Virus record (IMG/VR): IMGVR_UViG_3300037722_000889
Span: 14,683 to 78,682 of that record
Origin: a virus
Lineage: Duplodnaviria > Caudoviricetes
Strand: one strand, 5' to 3'
DNA length: 64,000 bases
Shown here: positions 34,140 through 46,100 of the stretch, in pieces
Layout: each line of letters opens with the position of its first letter
Numbering within the stretch: the stretch's first letter is position 1
Notes under the pieces: generated by a model
The model's input: the letters and a program-made list of their open reading frames with translations, nothing else
What the model was told of the DNA's origin: nothing
Database searches by the model: none
Made by a program: the position numbers and the translations under genes

Positions 34140-34586
34140 ATGACGGACTTCGTTTTCACTGACCTCGTCAAGGACCCGCCCGCCCGGGTCGAGTCTGCCG
34201 CGCTGGGTGCAAGTACTTCCGCCAAGATGGTCACTGCCGACGAAGGCAAGGCCGTCACGCTGGCTTCCAGCAACAACTATGTTCTCGCCGGCGTCGGCGA
34301 CGAGATCGAGGGCTTCGTCAGCTCGGTCGAGCCGTACACCGTCAACGGTGGATTCTCGTTCGGCGGCGTGAAGCGCGACGGCCGCATGATCTGCGAGGTG
34401 GACGCCTCGCAGGTCAGCACCGTGGCCGTAGGCGGCCTCGTGGTCGCAGGTACCCAGGCAGCTCTGGGCACCGCAGGCCTGCCGACCGTCAAGGGCGGCA
34501 CGCCGACCATCTTCCTGTGGCGCGTCCTGCGCATCCTGACGGGTACCGGCGCTGCCGGCGACACTGTCCTCATCGAACGCGTCTAA
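34140..34586 (+). CDS. head decoration/cement protein
   Basis: 148-aa small-residue-rich protein between protease and capsid, the lambda gpD position. Confidence 0.7.
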   Translation: MTDFVFTDLVKDPPARVESAALGASTSAKMVTADEGKAVTLASSNNYVLAGVGDEIEGFVSSVEPYTVNGGFSFGGVKRDGRMICEVDASQVSTVAVGGLVVAGTQAALGTAGLPTVKGGTPTIFLWRVLRILTGTGAAGDTVLIERV

Positions 34587-34597
34587 GGAGACCTGAG

Positions 34598-35782
34598 ATG
34601 CCCAAGTACAACATCGTAGACGCACAGGGCCAGCGCGCTGAACTGGACCTGGACGTGACCGCCTACAAGGCAGCCGCTGACAAGGGCCTGTCCCTGACCC
34701 AGTACCTGCAGAACGCCTACCCGTCCGACCTGAAGGAAGGCACCACCCTGGAGCAGTGCATGGCCTCCGCGGGCATGTTCTTGCGCCCTGACCCGGCCAC
34801 CGGCCTGACCCCGCCCACGATGAAGTCCATCATGGACGGCAGCCTGGACGTGAACATGGGCGCCATCAACCGCAACGACGGCAGCAGCAACAACACCCCG
34901 TCCGGACGGCTGCTGTTCCCGGAAGTGATCATGCAGCTGATCCAGAGCGAGCTGACCACGAACAACGAGGACTTCCTGGGCGGCTACAACAGCATGATCG
35001 CCTCCACGGCGTTCGTGAACTCGCCCAAGATCGACCAGCCCGTCATCAACGTGAAGGCGCCGGAAGATTCCGAGGCCCAGCCCATTTCGCAGCTGGCGGA
35101 ACCGGCCATCATGGTCACCATCACGGTGAACGAGAAGTCGATGCGGATCCCGACCAAGTCCATCGGTCTGACCATCTCCGACGAAGCCACCGCGGCCAGT
35201 ACCCTGGACCTGGTGGGTCTCGCCATGACCGCACAGGCTCGCGGCGAACGCATTCGCACCGTCGAAGGTCAGCTGGCTGGCATGCTGAGCGGCGATGCGG
35301 ACGTGGGCGAGGTTGCTCTCGATTCCGTCCAAGCGGACTCCTTCGACGACACCATCGCGGCTGCCGGCGCCATCTCCCACAAGGCATGGGTGAAGTACCT
35401 GCGTGCCAACTACCGGAAGATGACCATCACGGACATTATCTGTGACATCGACACGGCCCTGGCCATCGAAGGCCGTTCCGGCAAGCCGACCATCAATAGC
35501 GACGACCCCAACTCGCCGCGCATTGATGCGCTGTTCACCCTGCAGAACCTGGGCATCTCCGCCCCGCGCATCCTGCTGGTGGACACTGCCGTGACCGGTG
35601 CCAACACCATCGTCGGCCTCGACCGCCGGTACGCCATCCGTCGCGTGGTTAACGTGGCAGCCTCCTACAGCGCCATCGAGCAGTACGTGATGCGCCGGGC
35701 TACCTCGTTCCGTGTCGACTTCGGCGAGATCGCGCACAAGCTGATGACCGACGCGTGGTCGAAGATGACCCTGACGGTGTAA
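34598..35782 (+). CDS. major capsid protein
   Basis: 394 aa from ATG 34598 with AAGGAG SD; strongly biased codons; followed by a terminator. Confidence 0.85.
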   Translation: MPKYNIVDAQGQRAELDLDVTAYKAAADKGLSLTQYLQNAYPSDLKEGTTLEQCMASAGMFLRPDPATGLTPPTMKSIMDGSLDVNMGAINRNDGSSNNTPSGRLLFPEVIMQLIQSELTTNNEDFLGGYNSMIASTAFVNSPKIDQPVINVKAPEDSEAQPISQLAEPAIMVTITVNEKSMRIPTKSIGLTISDEATAASTLDLVGLAMTAQARGERIRTVEGQLAGMLSGDADVGEVALDSVQADSFDDTIAAAGAISHKAWVKYLRANYRKMTITDIICDIDTALAIEGRSGKPTINSDDPNSPRIDALFTLQNLGISAPRILLVDTAVTGANTIVGLDRRYAIRRVVNVAASYSAIEQYVMRRATSFRVDFGEIAHKLMTDAWSKMTLTV

Positions 35783-35807
35783 GGCTGAGCCTGCTCAGTG
35801 AACCGAC

Positions 35808-35834
35808 AAACGGAGGCCTGTCGGCCTCCGTTTT
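35808..35834 (+). terminator. intrinsic terminator after the capsid gene
   Basis: AAACGGAGGCC-tgtc-GGCCTCCGTTTT. Confidence 0.8.
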
Positions 35835-35858
35835 CACATGAAGACCAAGGAGGCCGTA

Positions 35859-36314
35859 ATGGCTTTGCAGAAAAATAGTTCCGCCCCGCAACCTGCCGCT
35901 CAGGCAGTCACGCCCGAAGCCCTGGCTGAAGCCGAAGCCAAGGCAGCCGCTGAAGCTGAAGCCGAAGCCAAGGCAGCTGCTGAAGCTGAAGCCGAAGCCA
36001 AGGCAGCTGCTGAAGCCGCCCTGGCGGCCAAAATCGCAGGCATCGAGGCCAACAACGAGGCCGCCGCCAAGGCCGCTGAAGCCGAAGCCAAGGCCCGTGC
36101 CAAAGAGGACCAGGCCACCATGAAGCAGTCCGGTGCCAAGGAAGTGAAAGTGAAAGGCGTGGAGCCGGGTCAGTACCGCTCGAAGCGGTTCAAGATGCAC
36201 GACCCCTACACCAACCTGACGTTCTCGCCCAGCCGACCGACCACGGTCGGCAAGGTGACCAGCTGGTTCGCCTGTCAGGTGCAGGCCGGCCTGCTGATTC
36301 GCTGCGGAGACTGA
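35859..36314 (+). CDS. Ala/Glu/Lys-repeat head-associated protein
   Basis: AEAEAKAA tandem repeats (24-bp DNA unit) followed by a globular C-terminus. Confidence 0.65.
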   Translation: MALQKNSSAPQPAAQAVTPEALAEAEAKAAAEAEAEAKAAAEAEAEAKAAAEAALAAKIAGIEANNEAAAKAAEAEAKARAKEDQATMKQSGAKEVKVKGVEPGQYRSKRFKMHDPYTNLTFSPSRPTTVGKVTSWFACQVQAGLLIRCGD

Positions 36315-36320
36315 TGAGCC

Positions 36321-36794
36321 ATGGCCCAGCCTATCACCGCGTACACCGACACGGACGCCATCCGTTCCGCCCTGGGGGTCACCGACAATGAGGTGACCGA
36401 CGCCATGCTGGTGGATCAGCGGCTGGCCCTGGAGCTGACGGTGGACCTGGATGGCTGGGCCGACGGCCATGCCGCGGCCTTCGCGGCCGGCAGCCTGCAG
36501 GGGGCCGATGCGGCCGCCCAGCTGAAGGCCAACTACATCTCCCTCTACGCGCAGTGGTACTGCGCCGAGCGGGTGATCACGAACATGAAGCTGGCCATCC
36601 CGCAGATGATCTCGGACGGCAAGACCGAGATGCGCCGGTTCCAGATGATGGACATGGATGCGGTGGAGCGGGCGGCATCCGCGCGCGCCGCCCACTACAA
36701 GAGCCTGCTGTCGCTGGCCCTGGGTGGCACGGCCGAGACCGTGATGTCCTTCGCCAGCCGCAGCACGCCTACCTATGACCCGGTGACCGGGTGA
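36321..36794 (+). CDS. putative head-tail adaptor
   Basis: Position after the capsid; YTDTDAIRSALGV start is typical of adaptors. Confidence 0.6.
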   Translation: MAQPITAYTDTDAIRSALGVTDNEVTDAMLVDQRLALELTVDLDGWADGHAAAFAAGSLQGADAAAQLKANYISLYAQWYCAERVITNMKLAIPQMISDGKTEMRRFQMMDMDAVERAASARAAHYKSLLSLALGGTAETVMSFASRSTPTYDPVTG

Positions 36795-37384
36795 AGCTGA
36801 GCCAGGCCATCCAGTATTTCGCCACCGTGCACCTGGATGGCTGGGACGGCACGGACTGGGTGACCGGGGTAGTCGCAGGCGACTTCTTGGCGTTTGACCG
36901 GTTCATCACCGACCGCAGCTTCGGGCAAAAGAAGCGCATGTTCATGACCGGCGGCGACACGGTCATTCCTGATCAGTACAAGGTCGTCCGGTCCCCTGAA
37001 GGCGTGCGCTACCTCGTAGGGGCGCTCAACGTCGACATCGCCCACAACGAGACCTACGGGCGCACGTACTTGCTGCAAGAGTGCATGGGTACCGCGGAAT
37101 TGTTCCGCTTCGGCGACGTGAAGGCCGCTTCCGGCCTGAACGGCACCAAGCAGGAGATCTCCGCCGGCACGGTGTTCTGCGATTCCGAGCGCATCACCTA
37201 TGAAAATTCCAAGGAGTACCTCGGCGTGCGCTACAGCTCGCACAGCGTCTTCCTGCCCGAGGGCACCGTCATCGACACCACTTACCAGATTCAGCTGGAT
37301 GGGCACCGCTACGAGGTCCTCGAGGTCAACCGCCTCCTGAAGACGGTAGAGGCGCGCGCCGTCAAGCTGGGAGCCTCGGCATGA
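36791..37384 (+). CDS. putative head-closure/stopper protein
   Basis: Position; ends IQLDGHRYEVLEV. Confidence 0.55.
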   Translation: MKLSQAIQYFATVHLDGWDGTDWVTGVVAGDFLAFDRFITDRSFGQKKRMFMTGGDTVIPDQYKVVRSPEGVRYLVGALNVDIAHNETYGRTYLLQECMGTAELFRFGDVKAASGLNGTKQEISAGTVFCDSERITYENSKEYLGVRYSSHSVFLPEGTVIDTTYQIQLDGHRYEVLEVNRLLKTVEARAVKLGASA

Positions 37385-37830
37385 GCGAATTCATCAAGCC
37401 CATGAAGTCCACCATCGACCAGCTGGGCGTGGCCATCGGCGCCAACTACATGGCCGGCGACATCGCGGTCATCGACCTGACCGACAACGTCAACGTGGAG
37501 GAGCTTCTGGCCTCGCCTGACCCTGCCATCGTGTGGGAGCTGGGCACCATGAACCCGGCGCCCCGGGAGCCCATGTGGGACGTCTCCTTCGTGATCGGGG
37601 CCAAGACCGCCAAGGACCCGGCCCGCTACGAGCAGATGTCCCTCATCGAGGCGGTCAACGCCGCGGTGAAGCAGGGCAGTGACATCCAGGTGCGCGACTA
37701 CTCCGGCGAGACGGCCGGTGCGATCGTGGGCTACCTGCACATCACCTGGGTAGGCCTGGATCCGGCCCAGGGCGATCGCTTTTCCGGGGTGCGGCTGGTG
37801 TCCGTGCGCGGCAAGGCGGTCAGCTACTGA
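37381..37830 (+). CDS. putative tail terminator/neck protein
   Basis: Position and size. Confidence 0.5.
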   Translation: MSEFIKPMKSTIDQLGVAIGANYMAGDIAVIDLTDNVNVEELLASPDPAIVWELGTMNPAPREPMWDVSFVIGAKTAKDPARYEQMSLIEAVNAAVKQGSDIQVRDYSGETAGAIVGYLHITWVGLDPAQGDRFSGVRLVSVRGKAVSY

Positions 37831-37831
37831 G

Positions 37832-38545
37832 ATGGCGACCCGCGTCACGGTCACCGGCCCGACCTCGGCGCAGTTCAATGTGAAGCTGGGCAACGAAGTC
37901 ATGAAGGCAGCCGCGCCCAAGATCTCGGCCGCCAAGGCCCGCCAGCTGTCCCAGCTGTCCCAGGCGCATTACCGGAACGTCGTCTCCGAGGTGCAGAAGT
38001 TCCTGACCAGCCCCGGGCGCACGGGAATCGAGTCTGGAGGCGCGCAGACCGTCGCCGTGACCGACCCCACGGGCAGCACCACTTCCGTGCGAACGGTCAA
38101 CTGGGCGCCGCTCAGCAAAGCCTACGCCAAGCGCAAGCCCAAGAGCACGACCTTCTGGCGCAAGCGCCTCACCGGCGGCCTGCTCTCGAAGTTCGGCGCC
38201 ATGGCCCCGCCCGGCACCGAGTCCACCCGGGCGCGCACCGTCTCGATCACGACCACAAAAAAGAGCGCCAGGTCCCTGATTGAAGTGACCTTTTCCGGCC
38301 TGCCGCGGCCCATGGACAGTTACATCACGAAGTCCTTCCTGGACGGCCTGAAAGGGCAGACGGTGCACGACCGCGGGTACGTGGACGCGGATATGACCAG
38401 GATCATCGGCGGCAGCGGGGAAGACGTCATCGGCCGGGACTCGCTCGGCACCTTCGTCTACGTGGAATCCAAGCGGCCCGTAATCTCACTAATCGCTTCA
38501 ACTTTGGGTCGCAAACTATTGAAGGTATTGCGCTTGAGCCTATAA
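37832..38545 (+). CDS. putative tail completion/neck protein (basic)
   Basis: Position directly before the tail tube gene. Confidence 0.5.
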   Translation: MATRVTVTGPTSAQFNVKLGNEVMKAAAPKISAAKARQLSQLSQAHYRNVVSEVQKFLTSPGRTGIESGGAQTVAVTDPTGSTTSVRTVNWAPLSKAYAKRKPKSTTFWRKRLTGGLLSKFGAMAPPGTESTRARTVSITTTKKSARSLIEVTFSGLPRPMDSYITKSFLDGLKGQTVHDRGYVDADMTRIIGGSGEDVIGRDSLGTFVYVESKRPVISLIASTLGRKLLKVLRLSL

Positions 38546-38604
38546 CCCGTGATACAATGACGGGGACGATTTACGTACACCCATCTCAATGAGGAGATAC
38601 CCAG

Positions 38605-39420
38605 ATGGCACTCGGAACACCGAAGACCCAGAAGTACAAGATCGGGACTGCTGAGGTCCGCGTTGGACCCCTGTCTCTGGCCGGCAAGCTGACCCAGTCC
38701 CACTCCGTGGGCCTCCTGGACAACGTGACCGTCGAAGTGGCCCAGGAATCCCTGGATCTCGAGGGCGGGTTCCCCAAGGTTGCGGTTGACACTGCCGTCA
38801 TCAAGCAGACCTCCAGCCTCACGGCCACCCTGCGCGAGTATTCTCGTCGCAACCTGCAGCTGATGCTGGGTGAGGGCGTGTCCGGCTCCGAGCCGGCTGA
38901 CTTCGCTACCACCCTGGCTAGCGACGCTGCCGCCGCTGCCGTGTCCATCACCCTGGACACCGGCGCCGGTGCCAGCGTGGATGAAGGTCAGCTGCTGGTG
39001 CTGTACACGGTTGGCTCGCCCGAGAAGATCTCGGTCGTGCGCGTGTCGGCCATCACCGGTGACGTCCTGACCCTGGACGACGGTACCCCGCTGATGCACG
39101 CCTACACCGTGGCCGGCACCGTCGTGTACGCGGCTCACCCCGTGGCTATCGGCGCCATCACCCAGACCAACTACTTCGCGGTCCAGGTGCTGCAGACCGA
39201 GCGCGCCACTGGCCGCCCGATTGGCTACAACTTCTGGAAGGCCGCCATCTCCAGCGGCATGAACGACGGCTCCAACGCCGACGACTTCGCTTCCACCGAG
39301 CTGGGCCTGAAGCTGCTGGTACCGGCGGCTGCCGAGTACGACACCGGCGGCGATCTGGAGCACCTGGCCAACATCATCCCCACCCATCCCACCGGCCTGT
39401 ACTTCGGCGGCGGAGACTAA
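38605..39420 (+). CDS. major tail (tube) protein
   Basis: 271 aa; extended SD CTCAATGAGGAG; followed by a terminator; upstream of the chaperone and tape measure genes. Confidence 0.8.
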   Translation: MALGTPKTQKYKIGTAEVRVGPLSLAGKLTQSHSVGLLDNVTVEVAQESLDLEGGFPKVAVDTAVIKQTSSLTATLREYSRRNLQLMLGEGVSGSEPADFATTLASDAAAAAVSITLDTGAGASVDEGQLLVLYTVGSPEKISVVRVSAITGDVLTLDDGTPLMHAYTVAGTVVYAAHPVAIGAITQTNYFAVQVLQTERATGRPIGYNFWKAAISSGMNDGSNADDFASTELGLKLLVPAAAEYDTGGDLEHLANIIPTHPTGLYFGGGD

Positions 39421-39449
39421 TCAACGCCCTCCTCCTGCGTTGCACCTTT

Positions 39450-39474
39450 GCCCCCTTTTCAGGGGGCTTTTCTT
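39450..39474 (+). terminator. intrinsic terminator after the tail tube gene
   Basis: GCCCCCT-tttc-AGGGGGC followed by TTTTCTT. Confidence 0.75.
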
Positions 39475-39485
39475 TGGAGGCCTGA

Positions 39486-40061
39486 GTGGATCGTTCCATA
39501 TTTTACCAAACCAAAACCGAACGCCGGTTTCCCGTCTCGTACCTGATGCTCGAGTGCATCACCGCCTGCATGGACGACCTCGACGAGCTGACCGAGGCCG
39601 CCGTCATCGCCGCCGTGCACACCGGAATGGCTGAGTGCGGCCGCACGAAGCTGTCGGACGACGACCTGAGCTATGTGCTGACCCGCGCCGCCAAGCACAA
39701 GGACGCGCCTGAGTCGCCGGGAGAGGAGGGCGAGGCCGCCAAGCGTGGGTTCGCCAGCGACTACCTGCAGTGGGTGGAAAAGATGACCCCGGCGCAGATG
39801 TGCATGTACCTGGCCGAGTACGACCTGCCGGCGGCGCGCGCCCTGTATTGCGACGAGGATTGTGACGATGTGCTGGCCCTGGCCGAGCAGAAGCTGGCCC
39901 GGGACTGGGAAAACGTAAAAGTCCTATACGAATCAGTGCTGTTTGGCTTCGGCGGCGGGTATTCCGAGGAGGAGGCGCCCGTGCCGGCTGGCGACGGTAC
40001 GGCCACCATTGACACGGACGATCCGGAGTTTAAGAAACTACGTGAAATGATGCGTCTTTGA
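39486..40061 (+). CDS. putative tail assembly chaperone
   Basis: Single acidic ORF between tail tube and tape measure genes. Confidence 0.6.
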   Translation: MDRSIFYQTKTERRFPVSYLMLECITACMDDLDELTEAAVIAAVHTGMAECGRTKLSDDDLSYVLTRAAKHKDAPESPGEEGEAAKRGFASDYLQWVEKMTPAQMCMYLAEYDLPAARALYCDEDCDDVLALAEQKLARDWENVKVLYESVLFGFGGGYSEEEAPVPAGDGTATIDTDDPEFKKLREMMRL

Positions 40062-40128
40062 GCTTGTAATAAAAGGGAAAATTGCATAGGCTTGAGCGAT
40101 CACCAACGCCCAATGAGGGGTAGGCAGG

Positions 40129-43100
40129 ATGGCCGACATAAAACTTAGCGTTATCGCGGACATCCTGCTCAAAAAGGGCAAGGTCGAGGACAAGGAGTTC
40201 GACAATGCCATCAAACAGCTGCTGTCCAGCAAGCAGCTGCCAGACGTCGTCATCGACCCCAATATCAAGATGTCGAAGCAGGGCCTTGCCCGTTTCAAGG
40301 CCAGCTTCGAGAAACATTCCCAGGCCCTGAGCCTTGTCATCGAGGGGCAAGGCGAGCACCTGAAGGGCTCGTACAGGAAGCTGTACGGGGAGCTGACGGC
40401 TACGCAAGCCGCAGCCATGCGGAAGATGTACGCGGACCTTGAGGCCCTGGTCAACTCCAAGAGTATTGGCGGTAAGTTCACCCCGGATACCATCCGCAAC
40501 GCCGAGCGCATGGCCAAGGGGCTGACCAGCGTATTCGAACTGACGCCCGAACAGCGCCGCGGCGCCAACGAATACCAGAAGTTCATCGAGCAGCAGACTG
40601 GCCTGATGAACAATTTTGCTGCGTCCCAGGCCAGGCTGACGAATTCTCTGGGGGGAGGTCAGCGCGCCGCGCCCATGCTGATGCCCGGCGTCAAGGCCCT
40701 GGCCGACGACTCCAAGAAGTTCAGCGACTCCCTGAAAACTGCGCTGGACGAGGGTAAGCAGCTTGAGCTGGCTGCCAAGCAACGGGCCAAGGACGCCAAG
40801 GCCGCCTTGGAGCTGGAGAAACGCACGGAGCGCGAGCGTGACGCCGCCCTGAAGGAGATTGCAGCCAAGCGCAAGGCCCGTGCCGAGCGCGCGGCGCAGG
40901 ACGAGCGACAGGCCTCTGCAGCCCACCAGCAGCGCCTGGGCCGCCAGGCCCTGAACGCGGCTCCGAAGGGCGTGCTCAGCGACATGTCCCTGCTGCCCAC
41001 GCAGGAGCTGGGACCCAGCGTGGCGTTCCTCAAGAGCCAGGCGGACAGGGTGGCCACGTCCCTGGACCGACTGAAAGCCAACCCTGCGTACAATGTCAAG
41101 AGCAAGGAGGTTCAGAACCTGCTGCACCAGCAGGAGCGACTGAACGCGGCCATCGCCCAGGGCAAGCGACTGATGTCTCAAGCGGGCAAGCCCGCGAAGC
41201 CCGCGCCCGTCCAGCAGGTCTCCGGCGAGATGTTCGGCCCGCCTGACGAGCTGATCCGCCGCGAAGCCCAGAACCGCCTCGGCGGCGACATCCTCGAGCG
41301 TGCCGGCGGTCTGAAGGGAATCCGTAACGTAGCCCGTGACGACCTGCCGCTGGTCATCAAGCACCTGGAAACCGCCAAGCGGCAGTACGAAGGCCTGGCG
41401 GCCGCGACCAGCCCGTTCAGCTCGGAAGGCCGCAAGCAGCTGCGCCAGTACACCGGCCAGATCCAGCACGTCAGCGATGCACTGCACACCGCCAAGCAGC
41501 GGCAGAACGGGTTCGGTACCGCGACCCAGCAGACCGGCGCACTGTTCCGGCAGTTCTTCCGCTACGCCCTGGGGTACGGCGCGCTGTACAAGATGCTGGC
41601 CGCGCTGCGCGCGCTGACCACCGGCGTCGTCGATTACAACGCCGCCCTGAAGAGCATCCAGGCCATCACCGGCGCCACGGTCAACTCGATGCGCACCATC
41701 GAGGCCGGCATCTCCCGGGTTGCACTGGTTACCAAGTTCAACGTCAAGCAGGTCGCGGAGGCCGGCCGCGTGCTGGCCCAGGCCGGTACCAAGCCCGAGG
41801 ACTTCACCGGCGCGCTGAACAGTGTAGCCCTGTTCGCCAGCGCCACCGAGACCTCCATCGAGACGGCGGCTGACCTCGTCAGCACCATGCGCAACGTCTA
41901 CAAGGAGCTGGACGACCTTACCATCTCCAACCAGCTGACCAAGGCGGTCAACATCTCCAAGCTGACCGGCGAGGACCTGAAGACCATCCTCAGCCGCGGC
42001 GCCCAGGTAGCCCAGAGCTACAACCTGACCTCCGAGCAATTCCTGGCGGCCGTGACTGTCCTGCGTAACGCCGGTATCAAGGCCTCCACCGTCGCCACCG
42101 GCCTGCGCCAGGGCCTGATCGAATTGTTGAGCCCGGACGACAAGACCCTGAAGGTGCTGGTCGAGCGGTACGATCAGCTGGGCGAGAAGCTGAACAAAAA
42201 GGACGTCCAGGACAAGTTCTTCGGCTTCGGCCAGACTGACAACCCGCTGGTCGCCGTCCTGAAGGAATACCAGCGTCTGGGCTTCACCGGTAACGCCAAG
42301 AAGCAGTTCGAACGTGTGTTCGACGTCCGTGCCCAGAACGCCATTGTGGCGATGATCAACAACCTGGACGAGCTGCAGGCCGCCGAGGCCAAGCTGACGT
42401 TCGGCAACGCGGCCATGTCTGCCGCCCAGACCCAGCTGGAAGCCCTGCAGAGCAGCGTGCAGAACCTGGGTGCCGCCATGACGGTGCTGGCTTCCAACAT
42501 GTCTGGCGACGTCGTAAACAGTCTGGAGAACGTGGCAGACGCCGCCACGGACGTTATCCAGAAGCTGACCCAGCTGGACCTGCAGATGAAGTCCACCTCC
42601 GGCATCGGCGTGGGAACGCTGGTTGGCGCGGGCGTGACCGGCGGCGTGCTGGCCGGCATGGGCGGGGGCTCCATCAAGGGCAGACTTGGCCGGTTCGCGG
42701 CCGGCACCGCCGTCGGCACCGCCGCCGCTTCCGCCGCCTCCGAGGGCGCCGAGGATAAAGGGGAAGCCCAGACCAAGGCGTTTACCGCCTCAGTGCTGTC
42801 TGCCGGGGTCCTGCTGGATATATTCATCCGGCTGGGCAGCCTGCTCTACGGCGCGTCCAAGAAGACGTACGTGGCTACCTACTTTGGGGTCAAGCTACTT
42901 GATTTTTTCAAGTGGATAACCACCCTCGGCAAGCTGTTCGGGGAGGCCAGCACAGTAGTGCGTATTGCATCTCTCGCCGCCGGAGGTCCGATCCGCGCCG
43001 TCATCGTGGGTGTGGCCGCTGTGGCCGGGCTGGCTACGCTGGTGGCCAAGTTCTTTAGGAAGGAAACCTTTGAGGACGCCAGCGCGAAGGTAAGGGCCGC

Positions 43101-46100
43101 GCAGAAGCAGTACGAGTCGGCCAAGGCCGATCTGGACGCCATCACTGCCGCCGCATCCCAGTACCGGCTAGGCGGGGTGCAGGCAGACGGCACCTTTACC
43201 GAGGTGCAGAGCGGCACCACCGCCGCCCAGGTGCAGGCCCTGCAGGACGAGGTAAAGGACTACCGCGCTCGCATTGCCGACACGTTCGACGTAACGGCTG
43301 AAAATTTCTCGGATATAAACGAGATAATGCTGAGGCTGGCGCACGAAGGGGCAGAGGCCGAGTCCCCACAGCGTAAAGCGCTGATAGGGCAGCTGAATCA
43401 GTATGCAAAGAACGCCATAGAGGCCGGAGGCGAGGATGACCGGCTGCTGACGCGCACAGCGTCCATGGCGAACGGGATAACGCAAGTTACCAAGAGCCTG
43501 CAGGACGCACTGCGCACCGAGCTGACGCGCATCAGCGAGGTGCAGGGCGAGCTGTCGGCGCTGGACCAGGCGCTGTGGGACGCTGCCCAGGAGCTGGGGC
43601 GTGGAGACGCTGGCCGCGTGTCCGCCGAGCTTCGTGGCCTGATCCGTATCACTCCGGATCGCGCCGCCGAGCTGTTCGGCCAGCTGCTGCAGATGACCAC
43701 GGACAACCTGGCCAACACGGAACAGGCCAAGGAAGCAGTGCGCCGCGCCAACGGGGCCAACGAACAACACATTAAGAACCTGGTCGCGGCCGTCGCGCAG
43801 GCTGATTCGCCCGAGCAGGCTCAGGCAGAGGTCGACAAGCTGGTCACCACGCTTGGCAGCCTCGGCGTCGAGACCCGAACCCTTCTGGAGCGCCTGCGCG
43901 ATGCCTTGGAGCAGGCCAGGGACGCGGCCGGCGAAAGCAAGGGCTGGTTCTCTGGGTGGGACTTCACGGGGATGCCCAAGTGGTTCCAGGGGCCTGACTT
44001 TAGCGGGTTCAGCGAGGACCCGAAGGAGCGGCTCGCGCAGCTGAAAGAGGCGCAAGCAAAGGCCCGGGAGAAGGAGCTTGCTACCGCCCGGGCTGGAAGC
44101 CCCTACGACCCCAGAAAGGCAGAGGACTTCGAGACTGAGTTTGACGCTGAGATTGCCAGGGTAGCCCTGACCGTCAATTACAACGCCGGCATCGAGGGCG
44201 CCGATGCGCCCTTGAGAGTCAGCAGCGAAGCCATTGCGGAGGAAAACAAGCGCGAGGAACTCAAGGAGCAGCGCGAGCGCCCGGACATCCTGGAACTACT
44301 GGCCAGCGACAAGTGGGAGGGCAGGCTCAAGAGGCTGGACCAGTCTCAGCAGGCGCTGGTGGCCCAATACCGAGCCCCGGATTTCAAAGGCCTCCTGCCG
44401 GACACCAAGGACCCGCTCAAGCTGACCGAGAGTCCCGCCCTGAAGTACGTCCGGGAGCTGACCGGGTTTGGCAGGGACGAAGAGGAAAGGGACCCGGAAG
44501 CCTTTGCCATCAGCCCCGAGCTGGCGGTCAGTATCGCCAAGGCCAAGCGCGAGCTGAAGCTGGCACAGGACTATAACCTTCAATCCCTGACTCTGGACGA
44601 CCCCGAGGCGAATCCTAGAAGGAAGCTGGCTCAGCTCGAGGAAACCGTGCGCAGCGAGGAAATCACGTACCTGGAGGGCCGGCGAGACCAGGGCACCCGT
44701 TCGCAGCGAGACACCACGCACGGCAAGCTGCTGAAGCTGGAGAACGAAAGGGCAGAGGCGGAGGAGGACCTGAAGTTCGACCTGGAGGACAGCCGCCGTC
44801 GCCTGGACCAGCGCCAGTTCGAGCGCAAGCCCATCGATGCCGAGCGTGCCGTAGAAGAAGCCCGCCTCGAGCAGGAGATCAAGACCCGCAAGAAGACCGA
44901 TCCTGCGTCCCTGGGCGTCGACGACCCATCCAACCCGCTGAACCAGCTGTCTGATCTGAAGGCCCAGGGGCTGCGCGACGAGATCGATTTCTATTCTCGC
45001 CAGCTCCTGAGCGGTGCCAAGGAAGACGACGAGATCAAGGCCAGGGAGAGCCTGCAGAAGGCCATGATCGAGCTGGCCAAGCTGCACGACTCCACCGGTG
45101 AGGAGATCGCCCAGTACGGCCGTGACACCAAGAAGCGCAACCTGGAGCTGGAAGGCAAGCTCAACAAGCTGAGCCTCGAGGACACTGAGAACGCGATCAA
45201 GCGTGCCTACGAGTCCAGCTCCTTCACCGAGATCCCGGCCCTGCAGGAAAAGCGCCTGGAGCTGATGCGCCGGCAGTACGAGATCGAGATCGAGAAGCTG
45301 ATCCTGTCCGGGCAGGAGAAGGAGCTGATCGAGCAGCAGCGGGCTGAGCAGGCTCGGCTGCTGCAGGCCGCCCGCGTGCAGACGTATTCGGCCGACACTG
45401 CTCTGCCCGGCATCAAGCAAAACATCTCGGCCCGCGAGCAGACGCTGTCCACCGGCAGCGTCGCTGAGGATGTCGCGCGCGCCGCCAAGGGCGTGCCGTT
45501 CTCCGTCGACCAGAAGAAGGGCAATCTCGACGCCAATATCGCCCTGTATGAACAGCAGCTAAGGGGCGCCAAGGAGCTACGCGACCACGACCTGGACGAG
45601 CTGTTCCAGTCTGGCGACATGGAAGCCTACGACCTCGAGGTGGCCAAGTACAAGAAGGGCATAGAAGACCTCGCGCTGACGCTGGAGCAGCTGCGCTACG
45701 AGCGCGACCAGCTAGACAACGGCCTGGGAGAGGAGCTGGAGCAGGGCTTCAATCTGGAGCACATCGGGGACGGCATTGATGGCCTCGACTCCCGCATGGG
45801 CAACCTGGGCGAGACCATCACCGGTGATGTCGTCGGCGGCGTCAAGAACATGGAGGATGCCTTCGCCGACGCCATCGTCTCCGGCGAGAACGCTTTCGAT
45901 GCCATTCGCGCCGCCGCCGCGGACGCCATGCGCGACGTGGCCCGGTCCATCGCCCGCTCGGGCATGAACAAACTGTTCTCCACCGCGGTAACCGCGGTCG
46001 GTGCCTATTTCACAGGCGGCGCGAAAGACGGCGGCGTTATCAAGGCCGCAACCGGCGCGGGTCCCGGCCGCATGGGCGGGGTTATCCGTGGCGCCGGCAC

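Noticed and set aside
33619-36100. Ala/Glu-rich tandem repeats in the protease linker and the 35859 gene (also AKAEPEAP x2 near 25.25 kb)
   Set aside because: Ordinary low-complexity coding linkers, with no sign of a separate system.
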